Shown piece after piece: positions 19,501 through 27,843 of a stretch of DNA of 64,000 nt; positions within the stretch are counted from its first letter, which is position 1; every line of letters starts with the position of its first letter. The notes under the pieces were generated by a model, which made no database searches, was not told the DNA's origin, and saw only the letters and a program-made list of their open reading frames with translations. The stretch comes from Kiritimatiellia bacterium (GTDB taxonomy: Bacteria; Verrucomicrobiota; Kiritimatiellia; RFP12; UBA1067), in the NCBI GenBank assembly GCA_045599445.1, contig JAZRWB010000061.1:12623-76622 (forward strand), read 5' to 3'. A program made the translations under genes and the position numbers.

Positions 19501-22500
19501 TTGAGGTCCGCGCCAGTCACCGTGACATTGGTGAACTCGACCGCGCCAGCCCAATCCTCGTCAACCGTGAAGAGCGGAGACGCTTCCGTGAGCGTAGCGC
19601 CGGTAACCGCGATCGTGCCCGCGCCCTGAATCGGTGTCGTAAGCGGAATCGCAAGCGCCGTCGTAGGAATCGTCATCGTCACGTCCGAAGGAACGACGAT
19701 CTCATCCTCCGCAAAGAGACGCGGCATATCCGCCTCGCCGTCCTCGGTCAGCGCAAAGAGCGTATCGTCGGAGAGCGTAGTCGAGCTCTTGAGATAGAGC
19801 GTCGTCGCCTCACGATCCGCGATAGTCGTCACGCCATACGCCTTGTGCTCGGCGCTATAGCCGAACGAAATCGAACGTCCGGCCGGAGCGGACGGAAGCG
19901 CGGTGCAAGTAACCTTGTCGCCAAGATCATCAGTCGTACCCGTCAAAGCAACGAAGCCAATCTTGGCAAAAGTGCTGACAGGAGCGGCACTATAATCGAA
20001 TGCGACCGAACCTTCGCCCGAAACCACGAACGGACCGTTCGCAATCGAGATCGAGCCGTACTCGATCGTAATCGGGGACGCAACCGTTGTAAGACCGATG
20101 TTAATCGCTTCTGCCGCACCCGCCTTGAAGGTCATCGCCGCGCCCGAGAAAGTCATTGCCTCGTAGTCGGTTTCTTCGGTGAGATCAACCGTGATTGATG
20201 CCGCACCAGCCGCGCTGATATTCAACGTCGAACCAGCCGCAGGAAGATCAACGGTCTCCGACGTCTTCGTATTCGTCCAAGAATCGGCCAACGTCCAAGT
20301 ATCATCGCCCTCCGCAAATTCACGCTCGAAAGTACCGTTCGGCGAGTTGTAGGGGAACTCGTCGGCAAGCTGCTTAAGCGCATTCGGGCCCAAAGCACCT
20401 TCGAAAATACGAACCGCCTGAATGGCCGTATCATTCGTCGCATCCTTCGAGCTCTCAATCATCGTGTTCTGCTTACCACCGTGAATCGAGCCAACCTGAA
20501 TACGATTACCGAAGGAAACGTTCGAAACAGGGGTTACGTTCCAAAGGTTACCATCAAGATAAACCGTAATCGAATTCGCCGTCTTCACGAACGCATAGGT
20601 ATGCGAGGTCGTGAGCGCATTGGCAACCTGCATCGTCGCAAGCGACTGGTACGCGCTATTGCCAATCGTACGGGCAATCAGAACCTCAGTATCAGTCGAG
20701 CCCTTGAGAATCGCAATGCTGCCACCAGTCGAAGTACCAAAGGCAATCAAGGCCGCATTTACGGTATTAGGAACGACACCGGCAACGACACACGTCCATT
20801 CGGTCGGATAATTGATTGTAAAGTCCGAATACGGAGTCGCCTTGGTGTTCAGCGCCTTACCGTAAACAAAGTCTTCACTCTCAAGGATCCGTTCAGATGC
20901 ATGCTCCTGACCATCTTTGTATCCAGTATCCCAGGTTAGCGTGCTCTTGATCTGACCAACGCTCGTAAGCGAATCGGCCTTGAACGTCCAGTCGTAGAGG
21001 CACGCTTCACCATCGGTCTTGATCGTAAATGACGCAGTTACGGTAGTACCCGAAACCGTGGTGGTAAGCGGGGTAACACCATCCATATCGTAAACAACGA
21101 GCGATGTGCCAACAGGGACATTGACAATCTTAACTGTTCCGTCATCAGCCACCGTCGCGACAACCTTGATCTTACCCTCGCCCGACGTCGTTATATTGCC
21201 GATCGTGCTAAAATCGCGCACATACCCGACATCATATTCGCCGCCGGCGATTTCCACGCTACCCGTGCCCGAGGTGGACACGCTCTTCACATACGACGCA
21301 TTATCCAAAACAACCTTGCCCGCGTTAGCGACGACGGTCACGTTGCCTTGGGATGCACCGATCTTGAGCGTTCCTGCGCCCGTCTTGGTCAAGGTCCTTG
21401 TCTGGTTGGACTTGACGGCGCCAGTGAGCTTCAAGGTCATACCATCGCCGACATTAAACGTCGTGTCGGCGGAATACTTGAACGGCGCGGAGACCGTCGC
21501 TTCCGTCGAACTGCCGTTAACGGCCGCGTTGATCGGAATATACATATCAAGCGCGCCGTTTCCATCACCAGCACCCGAAATCTCGGCGCCGTCATAGATG
21601 TTAAGTGCGCCACTGCTACCCTTGTACGTCCAACGATACCCGCCCATATTGAGCGCACCATAGACATTGAGCGTAAAGGAAGCGTTGTCCGCATAACTGA
21701 ACGCATCGCCCGAAGCGGCGATCGCCGTCGCTCCCGCGTCGATCGTGAGCGTACCACCGCCGCTAATGCCCTGGCTCGCGAACTTCAAGGTCGCCTGGCC
21801 GTTCACGACTTCAAGCGTACCGCCGGGAACCGCGTTGTTCGCGTCAAGGTTCACATAGCCCTCGGTCTTCAAGGTGCCGTTGACCGTAAGTGCACCAGTG
21901 CAAGTAAAGGTATTATCCTCGGTCTCGCCGCCCTGAATAGTCCAAACTTCATCCACTGGAATTGTGACATTGGCAGTGAGTTCAGTATTGGCGGTAACCA
22001 CTTGTTCAAGCGTGAAATCACCCTTCGTGAAGGTAATATCACCAATTGGTGCCGTAGCATCATAGGTAAGAACCGTGTTGCCTTCCAAGGTAATCTCGGT
22101 CGCAGCCTCCGCGTAGAACTTGCCAGCATCCCAAGTAATAGTGCTCCAATTCTGGTTGCCACTAATAGTTGCCGTATTCTTGAGCGCGAGATTCCACTTA
22201 GCCGTGAGATAATCTTCAACCGTCTTGAGTTGATCCGCAGTAAGAACCGCGTTAAAGATAAGAACTTCGCTGAGCTTACGACCGCCCGAACGATTGTCCG
22301 AGCCACCACGATCGCCCGAGAAGCAGTCCGTCGAGCAATTCGCCGAAGTCGTCATCGACACCACGCGGAAGCCCTCGGGAAGAACATAGCTCTTGCCGTC
22401 TCCCTCGTTCGCGCCATTATCACGAACCGAGAACGCAACTGCGTTGCCATTAAAGCACTTCGTCGAACCCGCAGCCGTCTGGTCGCGGTGGAAGTTATAG

Positions 22501-25500
22501 ACCTGACGATCGCCCATCAAAAACGCACGAGGATCGTTCTTAATATCAATGACTTCAATCACCGTCTTGGCATTGTTATCGACTGGCTCAAAGCCAAGGT
22601 CAATGTGGCTATTGCACTCGCCGAAATCGAGGTATTCACGAAGCTCACCATTAACGAAGGTCGGCGTGTCGGTAATATTGGCAGTCGTATATGCCGCCGC
22701 AGCCGTCGTGCCGCAAAGATCCGCCCACGCGGTAACCTTGTTGTTATCGCCCGTCGTCACTCCGCGCGAAGCATCAAAGCGACGAATAAGCGATGTATCC
22801 TCGAGAATCGCTGCAACATCAGCAGTATAGTAGTCGGACTTGGTGATTGCGAACACAATCGCCTTCATCTCCCATTCTTCAAGCTCAACCAACTGGAACT
22901 CACCTTCCATGCCCTTCGGCAACTTACCGGTAAGCGTGCACTTGAAGTCGTTGATCGTCGCGTCGCTCTCTCCAATCGTGAAAGCGCTTGCGGCCACGAC
23001 CAAGATCTCCTCACCCACGACATACTCGTCTTCGCAGACGAAGGTAATCGGCAAGCCACTCTCCGGAAGCGTAATCGTTCCCGTCGCCGTCAAGCTTGCA
23101 CCGTTGTGGGTAATGTTGATCGATCCGCCTTCACCAAAGGCCAAATCACCCTCAATATTCGTCGGTTCCGCAACATTGTAAGGCGTGGTAATCTCCGACT
23201 TCTTGAGGACGATGTAGCCATCGCCATCAATTTCCAGCTTATCAGCGCTAATCGTTGCACCCGTACTATCCTTGAATGTCAAGCCCTCGGGAATCGCGCT
23301 CGCCTTGGCGATCTGTCCGAACGGGAAGCCAGTAGGAAGCTTGATGGAGCCAGTGGAAGCCGCATCAATCGTCCAGCTAAGCGGCATCTCCGTCGTGCCA
23401 AGATCGATATCGCCGTTAATCACAACCGTATTCGTAGCCGTGCGATTAATCTGGCCGCCCGTAAGCGTAATCGTCTGCGTATAGGCCGCCGGGAGATTGA
23501 GCGTGCCCGCGCCGGTCTTGGTAATCGCAAAGTCGCCCGAAATCGCCGAAATGGTCGCCGTGCCCGACGCAACTTCAATCTCAGTCGCCTTGGTAAGAGT
23601 CAAACTGTTGACCGTGCCGCCAAGCGCGAGCGAGCCATCATCAACTGTAATCCCCAGGGTAACATTGTCGGTGATTTCAAGCTTACCTGCGCCACGCTTG
23701 CCAAGCACACGACTGGTGTTGATGCCCTTCAACTCGCCGACAATCCTCAAAGTCGAACCCGCGCCGACGTAAAAGCCCGCGTTAGGATTGTTTTCCTGTC
23801 CGATATACATGTTGGCATTGTTTTCAATCGTAATCGTCGCAACGCCATTTTCACTCTCGGGAACATAAATCTGCTCCTTGCCGCTCACATTGCCGCCGTT
23901 TATGCGGAGATGATCGCCAGAATTGTAGACATGGGTCGACGAACCCGGATCAAGATAAAGCCGTGCGCTGAAGAAGAAAGTATTGCTGGAAGAATAATCG
24001 CGCAAATTGAGAGTTGCGCCAGAATTGACGCGAACTACGCCATTCGGATTAGCCGCCGCATTCCATCCGCAGAAATCCCTACCATAAAGGTTAAGTATCG
24101 TACCTCCCGTAACGAGGATGGTCGGATTCTCCGCCGTGCCATTATTCGCGAAAGACGTTCCCGGACCACTATTGCTGCGCTTGAACGCATGAGTACCGCC
24201 ATCAAATACGATGTGCGTATTGAATGTGTCGTTCCCAACAAAGTCCAGCGTTGCGCCGTTAGAACCAGAACCGATGAAGGTGAACACCTTGTCATCGCCC
24301 GCGACCTTAATCATGTCCAAAAGCGCGCTATCTGCCGTAAGCCCGCTCGTTGCATCAAAGCGATAATCAAACTTGCCCGCGAAGTCGACAGTCGCCGTCA
24401 CCTTGCCGAGGAAGGAGTTGATATTCGTAGCCGCACCCGCGATTCCAACGACCTGCGCAGTAGTATCGCCAATGAGCTTGATATTCTTAGCAACTACCTC
24501 CGTGTCAATCGTCAAGGTCGGCGAACCGATAAACGTAAGCTCAACTGGCGTATTCGCCGTCGGAGCGGTGCCGCCCTCCCAAAGCGCCGACCAAGTGGTA
24601 TTCTCCGAAATCGTCGCCGTTACCGCTGGCTGTGGCGGAGCCACCTTCACAATCACAATCGCCGCAATGCAACCACGCTCCGAATTACTCGCCTTTGGCG
24701 AATTTGTAATCTCGAACTTTTGCGTGGTAAGTCCAGAAAGACGCATTACATTCTTACCGAGAATCGGCGTCAACTGCTGCGAAGCGCCCCATGCCGCAGT
24801 TGAATTCGCAACCGCTTCACCATTCTCATTTGCGCTATAATTTACGCCGTTAATGGTCTTGTAGGAGAATTTCGCATTTCCCGTATCGGTCGCGCAGATA
24901 ATATACACATCATAGCGATCAAACGGAACAGTAGTTTTAAAGGAAATGTTACTATCGTCGAGGTAACCTTTTAGGTAAGGAGTGGTAGCATTGTTCCACT
25001 GATAAGAACCGCCATTATACGAAACTGGGATGGTATCAGCAAGAACCGTCGAACCATCCGAACCGAACAACTTGGCATCAAGCGAGCCAGAAGTACCAAC
25101 ATTATTCCAGGTGTTACCGTAAATCGTCAAGTCAGGGATTCCCGCTTCATCGCTATCACCAAGCTTGCCGGAATCCTGCTTGAAGTTAATCGCCATACCG
25201 CTACCAACAGGGAGCCACGCATAATCAAGCGAGGTGACGCCCTTGAAATCAAACTTGGCCAAATCCGCAGGTGCCGCCTCGCCAAGAATCTTAAGCGCAC
25301 CATCATAAACAATCTTCGCCTGACCAAAAGCAAAAGTCTCATCGAACTCAAGCGTCTTCGCCGCCGTGAGATTCACGACAACCTTGTCGTCCGAAGTGCA
25401 ATCCGCAAACTCAGTCGCGTTATTGATGTCACTAACCTTAACCGCCTCTGCCTCAATCGTCGTCTCTGGCAACACAGGAGGAGGAAGCTCCTTAACCGCG

Positions 25501-26246
25501 AGGAAGTTGATGCCTGCGCGCTCGCCAGTCAGGACAAGGTCTATCGTTCCGCCGCTCTTCGGAACGATACCCTTCATACGAATAAGCGCCAAGCCATCCG
25601 CACCAGCACAAATCGACTCGCCAAAGCCAAACGAAGTAAACGAATCCGCAACTACCGTCGAGGATCCCGAGCGCCCCCAACTTGAAGCGACCGTAACCAC
25701 ATAATCAAGAGAATCGACTTCTGCGCATGCATTGGAAGGCACCTTGAATCCACAAGACGACTTACCAATGTTGCCGTTGTCATGCCCGCAACCCGCATAA
25801 ATCACATAAGAGGATTCCGCGTTCAATCCGGAAATCGTAATAGTTCCATCCGTATTCGCACCATTGGCGACGCCAGACATGTAAACGTTGTAAGGGACTT
25901 CAATTCCCAAATTCGTCTGCATATCGCTGGTTGCAAACGTAGGAAGATCGGTGCCGACCAACTTGGAAAACGACCGCTTGAAGTTACCGCCAATACTCGC
26001 TCCGCCAACCGAAACGTCATTATCAGTCTCGCTGTTCAAATTACCGCCACCTTCTTGTTGGCAACTATGCCACCCTGCAACTTCATATCCAGTGTTGCAA
26101 TAGTTAAAGAGCGCCATCTTCAGTTCAGCTGCCTGCGCAGAGCTGATGAACAGGAACGAGAAAAGCGATACGAGCGCGTACCGCACGATGTTTAGGGTTT
26201 TTTTCATGTTGGTTTTGTTTTGTTTTTGGTTGTTGTTAGTAGTCAT
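16551..26246 (-). CDS. Giant secreted surface protein (~3230 aa) with PATR repeats and internal domain repeats
   Basis: Signal peptide MKKTLNIVRYALVSLFSFLFISSAQA, preceded in frame by MTTNNNQKQNKTNM. Two PATR-like repeats (ITKTGAGTLNLPAAYTQTITLTGG and LTKTGAGTLKIGASQGNV). Repeated ~40-aa domain (FNCGLKNIALTEETTFTVTLTI and FKCGVKNIDLKNDATFTLKLVI). True start is 26246 or 26207. The ORF-track start at 26327 is an extension into the inserted cassette. Confidence 0.75.
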   Translation of the reverse strand: MTTNNNQKQNKTNMKKTLNIVRYALVSLFSFLFISSAQAAELKMALFNYCNTGYEVAGWHSCQQEGGGNLNSETDNDVSVGGASIGGNFKRSFSKLVGTDLPTFATSDMQTNLGIEVPYNVYMSGVANGANTDGTITISGLNAESSYVIYAGCGHDNGNIGKSSCGFKVPSNACAEVDSLDYVVTVASSWGRSGSSTVVADSFTSFGFGESICAGADGLALIRMKGIVPKSGGTIDLVLTGERAGINFLAVKELPPPVLPETTIEAEAVKVSDINNATEFADCTSDDKVVVNLTAAKTLEFDETFAFGQAKIVYDGALKILGEAAPADLAKFDFKGVTSLDYAWLPVGSGMAINFKQDSGKLGDSDEAGIPDLTIYGNTWNNVGTSGSLDAKLFGSDGSTVLADTIPVSYNGGSYQWNNATTPYLKGYLDDSNISFKTTVPFDRYDVYIICATDTGNAKFSYKTINGVNYSANENGEAVANSTAAWGASQQLTPILGKNVMRLSGLTTQKFEITNSPKASNSERGCIAAIVIVKVAPPQPAVTATISENTTWSALWEGGTAPTANTPVELTFIGSPTLTIDTEVVAKNIKLIGDTTAQVVGIAGAATNINSFLGKVTATVDFAGKFDYRFDATSGLTADSALLDMIKVAGDDKVFTFIGSGSNGATLDFVGNDTFNTHIVFDGGTHAFKRSNSGPGTSFANNGTAENPTILVTGGTILNLYGRDFCGWNAAANPNGVVRVNSGATLNLRDYSSSNTFFFSARLYLDPGSSTHVYNSGDHLRINGGNVSGKEQIYVPESENGVATITIENNANMYIGQENNPNAGFYVGAGSTLRIVGELKGINTSRVLGKRGAGKLEITDNVTLGITVDDGSLALGGTVNSLTLTKATEIEVASGTATISAISGDFAITKTGAGTLNLPAAYTQTITLTGGQINRTATNTVVINGDIDLGTTEMPLSWTIDAASTGSIKLPTGFPFGQIAKASAIPEGLTFKDSTGATISADKLEIDGDGYIVLKKSEITTPYNVAEPTNIEGDLAFGEGGSINITHNGASLTATGTITLPESGLPITFVCEDEYVVGEEILVVAASAFTIGESDATINDFKCTLTGKLPKGMEGEFQLVELEEWEMKAIVFAITKSDYYTADVAAILEDTSLIRRFDASRGVTTGDNNKVTAWADLCGTTAAAAYTTANITDTPTFVNGELREYLDFGECNSHIDLGFEPVDNNAKTVIEVIDIKNDPRAFLMGDRQVYNFHRDQTAAGSTKCFNGNAVAFSVRDNGANEGDGKSYVLPEGFRVVSMTTSANCSTDCFSGDRGGSDNRSGGRKLSEVLIFNAVLTADQLKTVEDYLTAKWNLALKNTATISGNQNWSTITWDAGKFYAEAATEITLEGNTVLTYDATAPIGDITFTKGDFTLEQVVTANTELTANVTIPVDEVWTIQGGETEDNTFTCTGALTVNGTLKTEGYVNLDANNAVPGGTLEVVNGQATLKFASQGISGGGTLTIDAGATAIAASGDAFSYADNASFTLNVYGALNMGGYRWTYKGSSGALNIYDGAEISGAGDGNGALDMYIPINAAVNGSSTEATVSAPFKYSADTTFNVGDGMTLKLTGAVKSNQTRTLTKTGAGTLKIGASQGNVTVVANAGKVVLDNASYVKSVSTSGTGSVEIAGGEYDVGYVRDFSTIGNITTSGEGKIKVVATVADDGTVKIVNVPVGTSLVVYDMDGVTPLTTTVSGTTVTASFTIKTDGEACLYDWTFKADSLTSVGQIKSTLTWDTGYKDGQEHASERILESEDFVYGKALNTKATPYSDFTINYPTEWTCVVAGVVPNTVNAALIAFGTSTGGSIAILKGSTDTEVLIARTIGNSAYQSLATMQVANALTTSHTYAFVKTANSITVYLDGNLWNVTPVSNVSFGNRIQVGSIHGGKQNTMIESSKDATNDTAIQAVRIFEGALGPNALKQLADEFPYNSPNGTFEREFAEGDDTWTLADSWTNTKTSETVDLPAAGSTLNISAAGAASITVDLTEETDYEAMTFSGAAMTFKAGAAEAINIGLTTVASPITIEYGSISIANGPFVVSGEGSVAFDYSAAPVSTFAKIGFVALTGTTDDLGDKVTCTALPSAPAGRSISFGYSAEHKAYGVTTIADREATTLYLKSSTTLSDDTLFALTEDGEADMPRLFAEDEIVVPSDVTMTIPTTALAIPLTTPIQGAGTIAVTGATLTEASPLFTVDEDWAGAVEFTNVTVTGADLNKYGNENTTVKLTGVVGYLKDGVEFEPEVILANNNLAGLELTDGSSYSPVIFSKVSGNGNFIGNKPNVTQKIAVVDASEHIGQVRMIGGMGITLGSGEGTVNNAKIAVADDATITFAGQQWIAEGGVTFGETLAVIGEVGSFITMPEPATIPEITLIDAEGEIVEGDYMLVYAGGKLTVSYAQVEVAIPEIAGTDVVVTVEGVEEPIPVIGGYAAIPYGADMTVTYTVQPGKLFKDGTDGLEFDYYSVTEDPEIANDITEDDVTVDAGARIEDVDYLDIPAALADATDGDTVIVLQNADLSSLTLTIPEDVTLDLNEKTVLINPANIVNNGMIVIYDETTALALIDTHGTIKFAVDMVVAYAYTFPAETVLTIMKVQGIPGATITTITLPDDGLLYNFYGAAAKKSINVVPGNGASGLVLAGVIERGSHGYHTIINVGGACMIAGPLVIGADGQGMDYETYPDNIAMLEASVLMFYDDSAVITLVPERGQVQTFIKLIDNPDVGDGHIVTVEGAKIVETAVSYAEGVKLYTYTAEWIKPEATVEAMTDKPEELAAAATFKATEAGAQKYADYTASLTITSDKNVAQDAIILAGQFNATDLEDPAGINNNYDGEWIDMPLTSDLTANEPYAVIDMPWNYIAENVKTFNCGLKNIALTEETTFTVTLTIAKDDDTVLTKDIEFTIPAAKVLPTATVAPTTAEGYEAAAEFTAGNIGVGYDSWIAKFYLISDVTIGEGEVQLGGNYGSYGWVDKDYTCTAGDPVSVLATVGLEDDITVKTVFEAIQSFKCGVKNIDLKNDATFTLKLVITDGETTKEICSIDNLTVKAKSSPVVPGEDIDIPSGKDPQEYAGEVEAQKATLLKAPVELTGEALSTYQSYFTAQVVGEKVAFVLNEDGEEAVEEAVKAAEADVLSVALSADTTELTIADPLKGFYYSLKQGGELTNLGFNEEGDKNKLAGKDEVKFTLTKPEGKGFYQTIVTPVEYK
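26205..26246. repeat. Direct repeat A, copy of the giant-gene leader
   Basis: catgttggttttgttttgtttttggttgttgttagtagtcat. Matches 26782-26820 with 1 mismatch and a 3-bp indel. On the minus strand it encodes MTTNNNQKQNKTNM. Confidence 0.85.
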
Positions 26247-26262
26247 TGTGTTCAATGTAAGT

Positions 26263-26418
26263 TCAAAATTGATGGGGTAAGGCTTTTTGTTGACGCTTTG
26301 CAAGACCATGCTCGTAGCGACGCGCACGCTTCGCCAACACAGAATCTTTGGCTTCGGCTTCCGTAGCCATTTTTTGCATCTTCGCCCAGTTAGCGATGCC
26401 TTCTTCTATAGTCGTCAT
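26263..26418 (-). CDS. 51-aa ORF downstream of the toxin gene (possible truncated or atypical antitoxin)
   Basis: MTTIEEGIANWAKMQKMATEAEAKDSVLAKRARRYEHGLAKRQQKALPHQF. Sits where a HigA-type antitoxin would be, but has no recognisable HTH. Its stop lies just before repeat A. Confidence 0.3.
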   Translation of the reverse strand: MTTIEEGIANWAKMQKMATEAEAKDSVLAKRARRYEHGLAKRQQKALPHQF

Positions 26419-26420
26419 TG

Positions 26421-26753
26421 TCACAAGCCAAGGCCTTTCATGATGGCGCGAGCCTTCTTAATCTCCTGCTTCGGTGTTTTCTGCGTCTTCTTGATGAAGC
26501 CATTGAGAATGTAAATCACATTACCAACAATCGTATAGCAATAAAACGCCCTCCCTTGCTTACCGTCTGCTCGGACGCGTAATTCAAAGAGATTGTCACC
26601 AATTTTCTTAGCATCTGGGAGACCCAGGCGTCCGCATTTCGCCAACATTTGGATCGCACGATTGAAATCGACAAACATAGGCAGAGGCAACGACATGAAG
26701 AATTCATTCGCTTGAGCCGTAATAACAATTTGCTTTTTCGTTTCTTTACACAT
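26421..26753 (-). CDS. RelE/ParE-superfamily toxin of the phage Gp49-like (DUF891/HigB-like) family
   Basis: LFELRVRADGKQGRAFYCYTIVGNVIYILNGFIKKTQKTPKQEIKKARAIMK matches the Gp49-like pattern (LxE[LI]R..., RxxY..., LLxGFxKK[ST]QKTP). Strong RBS AAAGGAGG 6 nt upstream of ATG. Confidence 0.7.
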   Translation of the reverse strand: MCKETKKQIVITAQANEFFMSLPLPMFVDFNRAIQMLAKCGRLGLPDAKKIGDNLFELRVRADGKQGRAFYCYTIVGNVIYILNGFIKKTQKTPKQEIKKARAIMKGLGL

Positions 26754-26775
26754 CTTTACCTCCTTTCTCCGATTT

Positions 26776-26820
26776 TCAACTCATGTTGGTTTTCTTTTGT
26801 TTTTGGTTGTTGTTAGTCAT
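26776..26820 (-). CDS. 14-aa upstream leader ORF (MTNNNQKQKKTNMS)
   Basis: Lies within direct repeat B. Duplicate of the N-terminal leader of the giant protein. Terminates 12 nt before the toxin RBS. Confidence 0.4.
   Translation of the reverse strand: MTNNNQKQKKTNMS
26782..26820. repeat. Direct repeat B
   Basis: catgttggttttcttttgtttttggttgttgttagtcat. Partner of 26205-26246. The two repeats bracket a 535-bp toxin cassette. Confidence 0.85.
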
Positions 26821-26862
26821 TTCAAATTCACCGACTGCGGACACACCTTCCGCAATTTTGGG

Positions 26863-26896
26863 CTTATAATACCAAATTTCCATCCACCGCGTCAAG
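26863..26896 (-). promoter_or_regulatory. Sigma70-type promoter for the leader, toxin cassette and giant-gene transcription unit
   Basis: Minus strand reads cTTGACGcggtggatggaaatttgGTATTATaag: -35 TTGACG, 18-nt spacer, TG-extended -10 TATTAT. Leader is ~45 nt. Confidence 0.55.
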
Positions 26897-27129
26897 CAGG
26901 AAAAAGCAAACAGTACCATTCTAAACAATATCTTAGATTGGTGAGTACTATTCTAAACCATTATTTACTCTTCGCCTCCGCCATCATCGCTCCCACCACG
27001 CCCAAAACTACCATCCATCTTGCGAAAACGGAGACTCCAGAGTCTTGCAAACGCCTCACCTAGCTGTCGGCCATGTCCCTATAGGCCCGAGCGTTGGGGG
27101 CTTTGAATATCTCTATGGGGTAAGAAGCG

Positions 27130-27837
27130 TCACTTCAGCAACTTTAGCTCATCGGCGGTAAGATCTCGCCATTCGCCCGGCTGAAGGTCTTTCGGCAGTC
27201 TAAACTCGCCTACGGCTACGCGCTTGAGCGAAAGAACTACGAGATGGGCGAGCGAACACATTTTGCGAATTTGGCGCTTGCGCCCTTCTTTCAAGACGAA
27301 CTTCAAAAGCCGAATATTCGCCCCCATATCTTCCACTTCCTCCACCGGCACCGGCCGAATAACGTATCCGTCGTCGAGCTTCAAGCTCGAGCGCAAGGTC
27401 GCGAGCTTTTCGGCGCTCCAACGTCCGGCGACCTTTACGAGATAAGTCTTCGAATGCTCGAATCGCGGATGCGTAAGCCGATTTACGAGACCGCCGTCGT
27501 TGGACATAAGTAAAAGCCCCTCGCTGTCCTTGTCGAGCCGTCCAATCGGCACAAGCCGCTCCGGGGTTTTGACGAGATCCGCGACCGTCTTTCCGCCGAA
27601 CGGATCGCTCATCGTCGAAAGGACGCCTACCGGCTTGTAAAGAACGACCGTGCGCGGCTTCTCCGCGCCGGAAATCGCCTTGCCGTTGACCTTGATTTGA
27701 ACGCCCGCCTCGAATCTCGCTCCCGGCTCGCGAACGACAACGCCGTCAACCGTGACGACGCCGCTTTCAATCAGCATCGCCGCGCCGCGCCGCGAAGCGA
27801 CGCCGGCATGCGCGAGCATGTTCTGCAGCCGTTCCAC
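27130..27837 (-). CDS. rluB: RsuA/RluB-family rRNA pseudouridine synthase (S4 domain plus catalytic domain)
   Basis: MERLQNMLAHAGVASRRGAAMLIESGVVTVDG (S4 domain), then catalytic LVPIGRLDKDSEGLLLMSNDG. Confidence 0.8.
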   Translation of the reverse strand: MERLQNMLAHAGVASRRGAAMLIESGVVTVDGVVVREPGARFEAGVQIKVNGKAISGAEKPRTVVLYKPVGVLSTMSDPFGGKTVADLVKTPERLVPIGRLDKDSEGLLLMSNDGGLVNRLTHPRFEHSKTYLVKVAGRWSAEKLATLRSSLKLDDGYVIRPVPVEEVEDMGANIRLLKFVLKEGRKRQIRKMCSLAHLVVLSLKRVAVGEFRLPKDLQPGEWRDLTADELKLLK

Positions 27838-27843
27838 TTGACT

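Noticed and set aside
21348-24803. 1151-aa plus-strand ORF, with many other long plus-strand ORFs across 16.9-25.7 kb
   Set aside because: They are antisense to the 3258-aa minus-strand gene. The translations are Arg/Ser-rich and low-complexity, with no motifs. This is typical of spurious reverse-strand ORFs in high-GC coding DNA.
26247-26327. N-terminal 27 codons of the ORF-track version of the giant gene (start 26327)
   Set aside because: This extension runs through the stop region of the inserted cassette's small ORF and lies upstream of the duplicated leader Met. The conserved leader MTTNNN... or the signal-peptide Met is the plausible start.
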